Below are positions 8,703-18,178 of a DNA stretch of 64,000 nt, one piece after another. The stretch comes from an uncultured delta proteobacterium (GTDB taxonomy: Bacteria > Desulfobacterota > Binatia > UBA9968): assembly GCA_963840855.1 (NCBI GenBank), contig CAWJBB010000040.1:345394-409393 (forward strand). Reading direction: 5' to 3'. The translations under genes were made by a program, and so were the position numbers. The stretch's first letter is position 1, and every line of letters starts with the position of its first letter. The notes beneath the pieces are model-generated. The model was not told the DNA's origin and ran no database searches. It saw only the letters and a program-made list of their open reading frames with translations.

Positions 8703-11043
8703 TTATCCGATCCCTTCCTTTCTCAGCGCTTCTGCCACTCGTTCGATCACCCCGCTCCAGTCACCCGGCTGGGTCTGGCGAAACAGGCGCATCGTCGGAT
8801 ACCACGGCGTGGTCTCGCCCTCTAACATCCAGCGCCAATCCGCGACTTGGCTCAGCAGCGTCCAGGTTTTTTTCCTCAAGGCGCCGGCCAAATGGGCTGT
8901 TGGAGAATCGACGCTGATGATCAAATCCAACTGGTCGATGACTACCGCCAGGTCGCCAAAGTCGCTGAGCTGCGGTTCCAGATCCTCTACTTGAATGCCT
9001 GACGGAAGATCGGTGAGATCCTCATGACGAGCGCCCTTTTGCAGACTGTAAAAAGTGATCTCGGGAATACTCAGGATCGGCAAAAATTCATGCAGCGGAC
9101 AAGAACGGTACCGATCGGCGCTGTGGTTGGGATTGCCTACCCAGACAATGCCGATTCTGGGACAGTCCGACCTCGGCAAAAGCAGGGAAGGATTCTCTTT
9201 ACGCCTGCGCAGTGCGGCTGCATCGATGTAGGGTACGGTTGCTAGAATGGTGTCGAGGGTTGTTTTGAAAACGTGCGGCAAGCTCCTGAGCGGCAGATAG
9301 GTGTCAAATTCCGCCACGCCGATCTGTCCTGGTTCACGGATCTGGCTGATGCCCGATATTGTCGCAAAGATGGGTATCAGCTCTGCGGGACAGGCGACGA
9401 TCAGATTCTTACAGCGCTTCGCTGCCAGCGGCAGATAGCGGGCAAAGTGAAGGGCATCGGCGGCTCCCTGTTCCGTGTAGATTACCAAAGTCTTCTCGGG
9501 TATCGGCTGGCCGTCCCATTTGGGGTGAGAGCAGTGAAAGCCATTGAGTCCCCGCCACTCGCATTCGGCAAAACCCCGTGCATAATCTCCGATCTGAAGC
9601 AGATTCATACCGAGATTGAAGTGGGCCTGGGCGTAGTTTGGTTGAAGCTCGATGGCTCTCTCATAGTAGCTAATAGCGTGACCGGGCTCTCCGAGCCGGC
9701 TGGCGACATATCCCAGACTGTTATGGGCCTCGGCGTTTTCATGTTCGGCTTCGATGACCTGACTAAGGCAGGCGCGGGCATCCTCGTAGTGTTCGGCATC
9801 GCCGAGGGCTATGCCGAGATTGTATCGGGCCCTGAGGAAAATCCGGCTGGAGGGCGACGCATTGGCGATAGGAAGCAATGGCCTCGTCAAGCTTGCCCTG
9901 CTGGTAAAGTTCGTTGCCGCGCTGGAAATGAAAGGCCGGAGAGCGTAGCAGCTCCTCCTCGGTAGGTAAGACTACGTCCGCCAGCGCTTCGTCCGGCAGG
10001 ACGTAGGAATCGGCAAGCCGCTGATCGTTCCACTCCAGTATTTCGGGGAAGCGCATCCCGCGCAGCACCTGAACGGCGAAGATCTCTTGCACGCCGGCTT
10101 CGAAGCGCAGGAATCCAAGCGTCTTGCCGGTCTCGATGTTTACGACCCAGACTCCACAGGTGCGTTCGCGCAGCCGCTCGACCAACGGGATGCCGCTGAA
10201 CACGGCGCTCTCCCGTACCTGCGAGAGCCCGATGAAAGCCAGCGGTCCGAGAAAATCGATACCCCGCGTAAAACCGGGTAGCTGTGCGACGGTCCGCCAC
10301 GTGCGGCGCTCGAGGTCGACTTGAGCCAAGCTTCCTTCGCCGGATTCAAGCACCCAGAGCGTTCCTTGATACCAGCGCGGCGAGTGCGGCATGGAAAGCC
10401 CACGAAGCAGGATTTCATTGCTGTCTATGTCCATCAGGATGCCACCCCTGGCCTTGTTCGCTCGCCAGCCTCCGGGAGTGTCGGTTTCTCCCAGCGCCGT
10501 GACGTACTTGGGATGGCCATCTACCATGGCGATGCCATTCAAGTGACAGCGGTCCTCAGGGGCCAAGGCGCTGACAAACGGCGGGCGCCAGCGCGGATAA
10601 AAGCTGTACTCTGCGTCGAGGGTGCAGAGACAGCAGAAGCGGGTGTTGACGACCCAAAGCTCGTTGGCGCCGTCCCGCGCCAGCTCGTGAATGTCGATGT
10701 TGCCTGTGACATGGATTCGGCGCGGCAGATAGCAGGCATCGTGTTTGCCCGCCGGCTCGAGTTTTTTTGCCAACGCCGGCATGTTGCGATATTCCCAGAC
10801 GGTGCTAGCGCCACCGATTGTCAGCCGCGTAGGGTCGGCGACGATACCCATTGGCTTGGAGAATGTTCGGAAATGAGTGTTGAGCCTGCCGTTATCGCTT
10901 CGAACGACGATGGCCTTACCCGCCTGATAAGTGGAGACGATCAGGCTGATCCCCAACTGGTCGAATAGCTCGGGCAGATTCGAGGTGTGTACGCTGCGTA
11001 GGTCAGCAGTTTTTTCCGATTGGGGTGGGTCCTGGGTCATCAC
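8703..11043 (-). CDS. TIGR03032 (DUF4915) domain - TPR - GT-B/GT9-like glycosyltransferase fusion (one frameshift ~9830)
   Basis: STYQAGK, HVTGNIDIHE, EDRCHLNG, GLSMPHSPRW, LPGFTRG (TIGR03032); removing one G gives QPDFPQ-ARYNLG TPR; EQG..D, GIVWVGNP, DLIISVD, ADWRW, TPWYPTMRLFRQ (GT). Confidence 0.85.
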
Positions 11044-11055
11044 GATGATGTACTC

Positions 11056-11071
11056 AGCAACCGCAATGCCA
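11056..11071 (-). promoter_or_regulatory. sigma54 -24/-12 promoter for the TIGR03032 operon
   Basis: Minus strand TGGCATTGCGGTTGCT = GG-N10-GC; IHF-like ATTCAACGATTTA at 11088-11100. Confidence 0.75.
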
Positions 11072-11143
11072 GCGCAGAAAGAAATGCTAAATCGTTGAAT
11101 TGATGAGAGCGCTGATAAAGAAGACGCTGGCTGGAGGATTAGT

Positions 11144-11189
11144 AAGGTGGCTTTTTAGACACCATGGGTGTTTAAAAAAGAGACACCTT
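11144..11189. promoter_or_regulatory. Tandem palindrome, putative enhancer (UAS) copy 1
   Basis: aaGGTGGC-ttttta-GACACC atg GGTGTT...GACACCtt, 73 bp from the -24 box. Confidence 0.6.
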
Positions 11190-11308
11190 CTCTCTACGAT
11201 CGCGGACCAGAACGAGAGGGACGTTTGGACTCGATCCCCGCCATTAGCGCGCCAGAGTTTGACTTTAGACCTAAAGTAGCTACCATAGCTACATCGGAGG
11301 ATCATCTT

Positions 11309-11590
11309 GTGAGCACCGTTGGAGTCAAAGAACTCAAAAATTGCCTTACCCAATACCTTCGGCGGACCAAGCAAGGGGAAGAGGTGATTGTCACTGAAAG
11401 AGGCAACCCGATTGCGCTGATTCAGCCGATCAAGAGCGCGGAGAAAGCCGTGAGCTTGGAAGCGAGGCTCGCTAGACTTGCGGCCCAAGGCCTTTTGGTG
11501 TTGCCGACCCAAAAGCCCCTGAGGCGAGTTCGGTTAGTAAGGGTCTCGGGCAAACCCACCTCGAAGGCCATCGTGCAAGATCGCCGGTGA
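11309..11590 (+). CDS. Phd/YefM family antitoxin
   Basis: VGVKELKN.L..YL...GEEVIVTERG.PIA; GGAGG RBS; operator-like gtagctac/agctac at 11276-11292. Confidence 0.9.
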   Translation: MSTVGVKELKNCLTQYLRRTKQGEEVIVTERGNPIALIQPIKSAEKAVSLEARLARLAAQGLLVLPTQKPLRRVRLVRVSGKPTSKAIVQDRR

Positions 11591-12036
11591 TTTATCTCGA
11601 TACCAGCGCTCTGATTAAACGGTTCGTCAATGAAAAGGGATCGCTCCTGGTTCGATCCCTGGTGCAGCGAGACAGAGCCGTTGCGACTGCAAAAATCGCT
11701 TATGCCGAAATGTTTGCGGGTCTCACACGCAAACTCCGCGAGCGCAATCTGTCCAAAGCGCAGTACACCCTCGCTTGCCGCCAGTTTGACCGCGATTGGC
11801 ACGCCTATATTCGAGTCGAACTGGGAGACGATATCTTAGGTCTGGCGCGCGACCTAATCCAACGCCACCCACTGAAGGGGTTCGATGCCGTTCACCTGGC
11901 CTCCGCGCTCTCGCTCAAGATCGCTCTCGATGAGGAAATCACGTTTGCTGCCGCTGACGGGCGATTACTCAAAGCGGCGAAGGCCGAAAGCCTTGAGCCG
12001 CTCAACGTCGAAATGGCCATTGTTTCTGCGCACTAA
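11587..12036 (+). CDS. vapC: VapC PIN-domain toxin
   Basis: IYLDTSALIK and DAVHLASAL; GTGA overlap with antitoxin. Confidence 0.92.
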   Translation: MIYLDTSALIKRFVNEKGSLLVRSLVQRDRAVATAKIAYAEMFAGLTRKLRERNLSKAQYTLACRQFDRDWHAYIRVELGDDILGLARDLIQRHPLKGFDAVHLASALSLKIALDEEITFAAADGRLLKAAKAESLEPLNVEMAIVSAH

Positions 12037-12115
12037 AAGTAACTTTTCACAGAGTTTCTGAAGTCCGGCGCGCCTCATAATTTGAAACGTAAAAGTAGCC
12101 CGTCCCCTTATTTGC

Positions 12116-12215
12116 GGGTCTTTTTAGACACCATGGGTGTTTGAAAAGACACACCTTGCTTCTTGGCTCGTAGCGCTGGATGAAAACGCTGTAAAGAAAT
12201 TTTCCCGCTAATTCC
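12116..12215. repeat. Copy 2 of the palindrome plus distal flank
   Basis: ctttttagacaccatgggtgttt identical to 11151-11173; right flank resembles 15765-15820. Confidence 0.75.
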
Positions 12216-12289
12216 AGGGGCAGCCCACACGGTTTTCGCGACGAGTTTAGAGAGGAGAGGGAAGAGCGGCTAGGAGTGTGTCCGACTAA

Positions 12290-12420
12290 TCGGAAAATCG
12301 GCGACTTTATAACGTGGCCGCCCGTGGAATGAGCGCCTAGGCGCCGACGATCACATACTTAACACTGTTCGTGTTCAGTAAGTGGATAAACTCGCGCAGA
12401 TCGCTCGACAGTGGCCGCAT
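12290..12420 (-). pseudogene. Nucleotidyltransferase (MNT/DUF6036-like) remnant
   Basis: MRPLSSDLREFIHLLNTNSVKYVIVGA*AL / FHGRPRY, with a stop, a frameshift and truncation. Confidence 0.7.
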
Positions 12421-12550
12421 CTGGGTTCTCGGGCATGATCAAGTCAAGCGGTAGTTGCAGTTTTTCATTTCCGAACAGCGTGCGGTCATACTCGTGGTCG
12501 GCATCATCAGCTTCTTCAAAAGAACGGAACTTACGCACGATCTTTTCCAT
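12359..12550 (-). CDS. Small protein of the type usually paired with a nucleotidyltransferase (putative TA partner)
   Basis: MEKIVRKFRSFEEADDADHEY...; overlaps the start of the NTase remnant. Confidence 0.6.
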   Translation of the reverse strand: MEKIVRKFRSFEEADDADHEYDRTLFGNEKLQLPLDLIMPENPDAATVERSARVYPLTEHEQC

Positions 12551-12699
12551 GTGAAGAAAAAAGAATAGCACAGTTATCAGGTAATCTACAGGCGAAAGAG
12601 AACGAGAGGGATAGGCCGCCAACCCTTACTGGATCAAGAAAAAGACTCCCGGTCCATTTTCGCTCTTTTAATCTCATGGCTTCCTCCTGCTTCTACCGG

Positions 12700-12830
12700 C
12701 TACTTCCCGGTAATAACGTACTGCTGGCAGTCTCCTTGATTCTCCAACACACGCGGGAAAGTGAAGTTCCTCCAGTTTCCACTCCGGCGCTCGCCGACGT
12801 TGCGCGGCGGACCGCACAGGCGTTCATTAA
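12700..12830 (-). pseudogene. Remnant C-terminus of a secreted protein (GW...F.NQGDC..YV.TGK motif)
   Basis: GNWRNFTFPRVLENQGDCQQYVITGK*; no convincing N-terminus. Confidence 0.45.
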
Positions 12831-12983
12831 GTGATAGGAATTTGCTTTGAAGGTTTGCCACCGTGAAACTCGAAAATCCCGCCAACAATCGTCCGCCAAC
12901 GCGATCTTATCGCCGGCGGCGGGCGATCCGCTCAAGCGCGCCGCGTCGCAAGCCTTCGTTTGGCGCTCTGACGCGCAGCCTGC

Positions 12984-14290
12984 CTACTGCGGCATCACGA
13001 CGAACGTCTGGTAGTCGACGGTTTCGCGGTTGATGACGAGCGTGTTGCCGAGGGCGTACCCGTCGAACGGGTGGAACTCCGGATGGTCGATCAGCGCGCC
13101 AATTAGCTCCCCGCTGTGCCGCAGGTCGAACAACGCGTTCGTCAGGTATTCCCACTTGCCGGATCCTGGCTGTTGGCAGCCCACAGTGATCGTCGGGTTG
13201 AGCTCACACGGGAATACGGTGGCACGGGCGTTCGTGAACGTCAGGAGCGCCGGGAAGACCACGGCGCTGTCGATGACGTTGTTCGCGAAGTCCGCCGTGA
13301 CGTCCCCCGTATACGATTGGCCGTCGCGCCGAGCCATCACAGGAGACCCGTGGATCATGATTCCGTACTTGGCGCTGCCGCCGAACAGGTTGCCTTCGGC
13401 GACGACCTCGACCGTCCCGGCCGTGTTTACCGCGTCAGTCGGGTTCACGCGAAACGCTGCCGGATTGGTCGGTCCAGAGTTCATATACGACGTCACGATG
13501 TCGTTGTCGGTGACCGTGGCGCGCAGGAATGTCCCAACCGCCGTCACGGCGGTCATGGCCACCCCGTTCGTGCGGTACACGATGGTGTTGTTCGTCACGA
13601 CGACGCTGGGCGGGTCGTTGGCAGCGCCTCCCGACAGGAACATGCCCGAATCCCCCGACAAATAGTTGCTGGAGATCAGGCCACTCGAACCCTCGCTTCG
13701 AATAGCCTGCCCGGTGCCAATGATCCGCAGGTGGTTGAGGGCGAAGTTATCGGCCCTGTCAGCCAAAACGCCGAGCGGCATCCTAATGGGCATCGTCCCC
13801 GGGCCGTCAAGGGGGGGAGAAGCCCGCCATCGATGCTCAGGTGCGAAATTGTCACGTCCTCGGCCGTGATGATGAAGAATGTAATGTTGCCGCCCGGAAT
13901 CGGCGCCATCAAGAGGGTGTCCGCCGTTTGCGTGCCGTCCGGCCGTCCGTCGCGCAAAACGGACTTCCGCGCGCCCGTCACCGACGCCGAGAAGTCGAGC
14001 ACGATCGGCAGAGTCTCCTGATCGCACACGCCCGCCGCGACAACGATCTCCGCCCTCTTGGCTCCCCCAAGGTCGCGCGCGCGGTCGAGCGCCGCTGTAA
14101 TTGTTGGTAGGGGGCGCGCGCGCTTGGAGCCATCTCCTCCTGATGCCTTGTCGCAGTCAACGTAGATCGTCCCTTTGTCCTGAGCGTCGGCCGCCAGGAC
14201 CACAGCTAGGCTGCTGAACACGATGGCGATAATCGAGATCGCACTTTGTAAGCGCGCGGCAGTTTCGATTCTTCGAATAATGCGTTTCAT
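12984..14290 (-). CDS. Secreted DUF1565/right-handed beta-helix-like protein (frameshift near G-run ~13811)
   Basis: AGGAGG RBS, signal peptide, TIYVD...GDGS..RP..TITAAL; joins ORFs 13676-14335 and 12984-14027. Confidence 0.7.
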
Positions 14291-14318
14291 AAGACACCTC
14301 CTTTTGAGCCAAAGACTC

Positions 14319-14334
14319 AGCAACTGAAATGCCA
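14319..14334 (-). promoter_or_regulatory. sigma54 -24/-12 promoter for the beta-helix gene
   Basis: Minus strand TGGCATTTCAGTTGCT; IHF-like ACTCAATCACTTA at 14352-14364; flanks homologous to 11052-11125. Confidence 0.75.
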
Positions 14335-14492
14335 ACGGAGAAGCTGCGAGCTAAGTGATTGAGTTGATGAGAAAGCTGTTAAAGAAAGCTTTGGAGTGCG
14401 CCCCATTGACTGGAGAGAAGATCTGAGAATTTGAGGGAGGTGCGATCGGCTCAACCAGCGGGTAGGATGGACCCGCCACAAGGAGTCGATCG

Positions 14493-14846
14493 ATGGGAAA
14501 ACAACGACGGAAATTTGATACCGGGTTCAAGCAGCAAATTGTTCAGGAGGTGGAATCAGGGGTGCTATCGGTCAGCGCCGCCAGCCGTAAGTATCAGATC
14601 TCGGGCAGCGTGATTGACCGTTGGCGCCGACAGGCCCGGCAAGGAGGACTCCAGGCAGGTCCCTCGGTTCGCGAGAAGTTCTTGGAGCGGGAGAACCGCG
14701 AGCTCAAGGAGAAGGTGGCTGATCTGTACCTGGAGAACGATCACCTAAAAAAACTCGGGGATTGGCTACGCCAGCGCAAAAACGTCAATACCTCCGTGAT
14801 CACCGCAGAGAGTTTGGTTCGGTTGCCCAAGGGATCGAAATCATGA
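14493..14846 (+). CDS. IS3 transposase OrfA (HTH + leucine zipper)
   Basis: RRKF...[15 protein letters not shown]; A7 slippery run at 14747-14753 leads into the -1 OrfB frame. Confidence 0.9.
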   Translation: MGKQRRKFDTGFKQQIVQEVESGVLSVSAASRKYQISGSVIDRWRRQARQGGLQAGPSVREKFLERENRELKEKVADLYLENDHLKKLGDWLRQRKNVNTSVITAESLVRLPKGSKS

Positions 14847-15673
14847 AGCTGGCATCGAGCAGTTATTACTACAAAACCAGGACCTCTGGGGAGGGACAGG
14901 CTCAAAGGGATGCTGAACTGAGGGATCACATCGAGCGGATCCAGGGAGAGTTTTTGGGCTACGGGTATCGGCGGTTGGGCAAGCAGCTGCGCCGTGAGGG
15001 GGTCAGGGTCAACGATAAGCGGATTCGCCGTGTGCAGCGAAAATACCAGCTATTTCCCATACGCTGGAAGAGTTTTAAGATCGCCACCACGGACTCGGAT
15101 CATGGGTACAAGGTCTATCCGAATCTGTTAGCGGGGCTGACCCTGACAGGCCCCAACCAGGCCTGGGTGGCCGACATCACCTACATCCGGATCTTGAAGG
15201 GCTTTGTTTTTCTGGCAGCGCTCTTGGATCGTTACTCGCGCAAGGTGATCGGCTGGGCGATCTCCAAGCGTATTGATGCTGAGCTGTGTATGGCAGCTCT
15301 TAAGATCGCCCTGGACACTCGAAAACCGCCGGCTCGATGTGTTCATCACTCTGATCGCGGTGTCCAGTATGCCTGTCGAGAGTACGTGGCCCTGCTCCAA
15401 GCGGCGAACATGACCATCAGCATGTCGAGAACGGGCAATCCCTACGACAATGCCCACATGGAATCATTCTTCAAGACGTTAAAGTACGAGGAAGTTCATC
15501 TGTCGAACTATGAGACTTTCGATGACGTCACCCAACGGCTTCCCCATTTCATCGAGGAGGTGTACAACAAGAAACGATTGCACTCGGCTCTGGGGTACTT
15601 ACCCCCGGAGGAATACGAAATGAAGATTCAGAAGATCAAAACTGCCGGTCGCGCTCCCCTCAAATCTCGGTGA
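14762..15673 (+). CDS. IS3 transposase OrfB (DDE integrase core)
   Basis: [35 protein letters not shown]. Confidence 0.95.
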   Translation: MATPAQKRQYLRDHRREFGSVAQGIEIMKLASSSYYYKTRTSGEGQAQRDAELRDHIERIQGEFLGYGYRRLGKQLRREGVRVNDKRIRRVQRKYQLFPIRWKSFKIATTDSDHGYKVYPNLLAGLTLTGPNQAWVADITYIRILKGFVFLAALLDRYSRKVIGWAISKRIDAELCMAALKIALDTRKPPARCVHHSDRGVQYACREYVALLQAANMTISMSRTGNPYDNAHMESFFKTLKYEEVHLSNYETFDDVTQRLPHFIEEVYNKKRLHSALGYLPPEEYEMKIQKIKTAGRAPLKSR

Positions 15674-15720
15674 AAAGTCTCCAGTGGTAGGGGCGCAGTC
15701 CACTTACTGGAAGATTAACA

Positions 15721-15762
15721 AAGGTGGCTTTTTCAACACCCGAGGTGTCTTAAAAGCCACCC
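15721..15762. promoter_or_regulatory. Tandem palindrome, putative enhancer copy 3
   Basis: GGTGGC-tttttc-AACACC cga GGTGTC-ttaaaa-GCCACC. Confidence 0.6.
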
Positions 15763-15857
15763 TGTTTCTGAGAGTCGCAGAGCTGAGCGACGATGGTTGG
15801 AAGGAATTTATTCGCTAACTTCACGTCTTCACAAATCAGTCTTCGTGAATCTCCGGC

Positions 15858-15873
15858 TGGCATTTTTTTTGCG
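15858..15873 (+). promoter_or_regulatory. Putative sigma54 promoter for the SBP-kinase operon
   Basis: TGGCATTTTTTTTGCG = GG-N10-GC (spacing depends on a homopolymer length). Confidence 0.5.
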
Positions 15874-16027
15874 CTTAACTAAAGGGTTTGTACTCCCTTT
15901 CGATTGGAGATAAGCAACGCACTAACAGCTTAGAGACAGTTGCTGCGAGCCGCGGCATGGCAACTTCGATCTATGAGCGGCTGCCCCAGAAGTCCATTCG
16001 TGATATAGGGTGCCTAAGAGAAAGGCG

Positions 16028-17017
16028 ATGAAAACGTGGTTTCCGGTTTTTCTGGTTGCGCTGCTCCTGGCTTTAGCCGAAGGTTTTGCCGAAGCGCAGC
16101 AGCGTGCGAAGGTCCCGCGGGTGGGCTACCTTGGGGGGACGGCTCCGCGGCTATTCGAGGCATTTCAGCAAGGTCTACGTGAGCTCGATTACGTTGAGGG
16201 ACAGAACATCATCGTTGAGGGCGGAATCACCCACGAAAGTGCACTTCACTCGCGTGCTGCCGAACTCGTGCGACTGAAACCTGAGGTCATCGTCGTAGCC
16301 AGCGCGTCAGCAGCCGACGCCACTTTAAACGCGACCCGAACGATTCCGATCGTTCTTACTGATCCGGGAGTGGACCCTGTTGCGACGGGCTTGGTTGCTA
16401 CCCTGGAGCGGCCTGGCGGGAACGTTACGGGAGTTGGCGGCATGGCTACGCAGTTAGGCGGTAAATGGCTGGAGCTTCTGAAGGAAGCGATTCCGGGGGT
16501 GCGCCGTGTTACGGTTTTCTGGCATCAAAATCAGAAGCGCACTATACCACTTTGGAAGGAAGTTGAGATCACTGCCCGCTCCTTACGTGTCGAATTGCTG
16601 CCGATCCATGTTTGGTACAGAAGAGGGGGTATCGGAGCAAGAATAAGATCGGATGACTTAGGGATTGCGTTCCGGGGTGCTAGGCGTAGAGGCGCCGAAG
16701 CCCTCATCGTGTTAGCTGGTGGTTACGACTTAACTCGGACTGCCCAACTCGCGTTACAGCATCGCCTTCCGGCAATTTACTGGCAAGCCGGATTTACGGA
16801 GGCTGGCGGCTTAATGGCCTATGGGCCCAAACTTCAAGAACAGCATCGGCGAGCGGCATACTTCGTAGATAAGATCCTGAAAGGCGCCAAGCCGGCAGAC
16901 CTTCCCCTCGAGCGACCAACGCAGTTCGAGCTCGTGATCAATTTAAAGACTGCGAAAGAGATCGGTGTAACTGTACACCCCGAGGTGCTGATGTGGGCGG
17001 ACCGGGTCATTGAGTGA
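16028..17017 (+). CDS. COG2984 (ABC_sub_bind) substrate-binding protein
   Basis: Signal peptide; LERPGGNVTG, GGLMAYG, ILKGAKPADLP...FELVINLKTA. Confidence 0.92.
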   Translation: MKTWFPVFLVALLLALAEGFAEAQQRAKVPRVGYLGGTAPRLFEAFQQGLRELDYVEGQNIIVEGGITHESALHSRAAELVRLKPEVIVVASASAADATLNATRTIPIVLTDPGVDPVATGLVATLERPGGNVTGVGGMATQLGGKWLELLKEAIPGVRRVTVFWHQNQKRTIPLWKEVEITARSLRVELLPIHVWYRRGGIGARIRSDDLGIAFRGARRRGAEALIVLAGGYDLTRTAQLALQHRLPAIYWQAGFTEAGGLMAYGPKLQEQHRRAAYFVDKILKGAKPADLPLERPTQFELVINLKTAKEIGVTVHPEVLMWADRVIE

Positions 17018-17072
17018 GAAGGGGCCAGTGTCAAGTGTCGAGTGACAAGTGGAGGGAGACGGAGAAGAAAAC

Positions 17073-18101
17073 GTGAAGAAGAAAGTCACCGTCCTGACCC
17101 TTAGGGCTAGGCTCTTTGCGCTTGGCCCTATGTGCTCTGCGCTTTGCCTCTTTGGCGCTGTGCTCTTTGTGCTTAGCATTCCAGCCCACGCGCAGCAGCC
17201 GATGAAAGTTCCACGGATAGGATTCCTAAGCTCCTCTTCTCGTTCCTCGGACTCAGCACATGTCGAGGCATTTCGGCAGGGGCTGCTTGAGCTTGGTTAC
17301 GTAGAGGGAAAGAACATCATCATTGATTACCGCTACGCTGAAGGTCAGTCGGATCGCCTCCCCGCCTTTGTAGCCGATTTGGTAGATCTCAAGGTTGACG
17401 TGCTCGTTACTTTAGGTACGCCCCCTACTATGGCTGCCAAGGGCGCTACCAAGACGATTCCCATTGTAATGATTGCTGGGGACGCTGTTGGAGTTGGGCT
17501 GGTTGACAGTCTCGCGCGGCCGCGAGGTAACATCACAGGGATAAGCGACCTTACACACCATCTAAGCGGTAAACGGTTGGAGCTGCTTAAAGAAACCGTC
17601 CCCAAGCTCTCTCACGTCGCTGTGCTATGGAATCCGGACGGTCCAGGTTCCACACTCGGCTGGAAAGAAAGCCAGCTTGCGAGCCGGGAGCTAGGTCTCC
17701 AACTTCACTCAATGGCGGTACGGACCCTCAACGCTTTCGAGGGCGCGTTCGAGGAGGCGACGAGGACGGGAAGCGGTGCCGTCATACAAACGGGAAACGT
17801 GTTCTTTTATGCCAACCAAAAACGGATCGCGGAACTTGCGATAAAGCACCGGTTGCCGGCGATCTACGCGCGGAGGGAGTGCGTTGAGATCGGCGGCCTT
17901 ATGTCGTATGGGCCGGATTCTGCCGTATTCCGCCGCCTCGCATACTTCGTGGATAGAATTCTTAAAGGCGCTAAGCCTCGCGAGCTTCCGGTGGAGCGGC
18001 CGACCAAGTTCGAACTGGTGATCAATCTAAGAACGGCTAAAGAGATCGGTGTCACCATTCCACCTGACCTGCTCATGTGGGCGGACGAAGTAATCAAATG
18101 A
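17073..18101 (+). CDS. COG2984 (ABC_sub_bind) substrate-binding protein, paralog
   Basis: SLARPRGNITG, GGLMSYG, LPVERPTKFELVINL. Confidence 0.92.
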   Translation: MKKKVTVLTLRARLFALGPMCSALCLFGAVLFVLSIPAHAQQPMKVPRIGFLSSSSRSSDSAHVEAFRQGLLELGYVEGKNIIIDYRYAEGQSDRLPAFVADLVDLKVDVLVTLGTPPTMAAKGATKTIPIVMIAGDAVGVGLVDSLARPRGNITGISDLTHHLSGKRLELLKETVPKLSHVAVLWNPDGPGSTLGWKESQLASRELGLQLHSMAVRTLNAFEGAFEEATRTGSGAVIQTGNVFFYANQKRIAELAIKHRLPAIYARRECVEIGGLMSYGPDSAVFRRLAYFVDRILKGAKPRELPVERPTKFELVINLRTAKEIGVTIPPDLLMWADEVIK

Positions 18102-18178
18102 CATGGCACTAGTCATGACGCAATAGGCAGCACGCGATAGGCCAGAATGCCGAATCCAAAATCCAAAACCTGTGCTGA

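Larger units (their letters stand above)
14392..15702 (+). mobile_element. IS3-family insertion sequence, complete
   Basis: 25-bp imperfect TIRs tggagtgcgccccattgactggaga / tctccagtggtaggggcgcagtcca; 3-bp CTT target duplication; orfA/orfB. Confidence 0.95.

Noticed and set aside
12066-12094. dif/Xer-like site next to vapC
   Set aside because: Weak similarity; no TTATGTTAAA-like XerD arm
11144-15762. Three palindromes as integron attC sites
   Set aside because: No RYYYAAC/GTTRRRY boxes and no integrase; fixed spacing to sigma54 boxes fits an enhancer better
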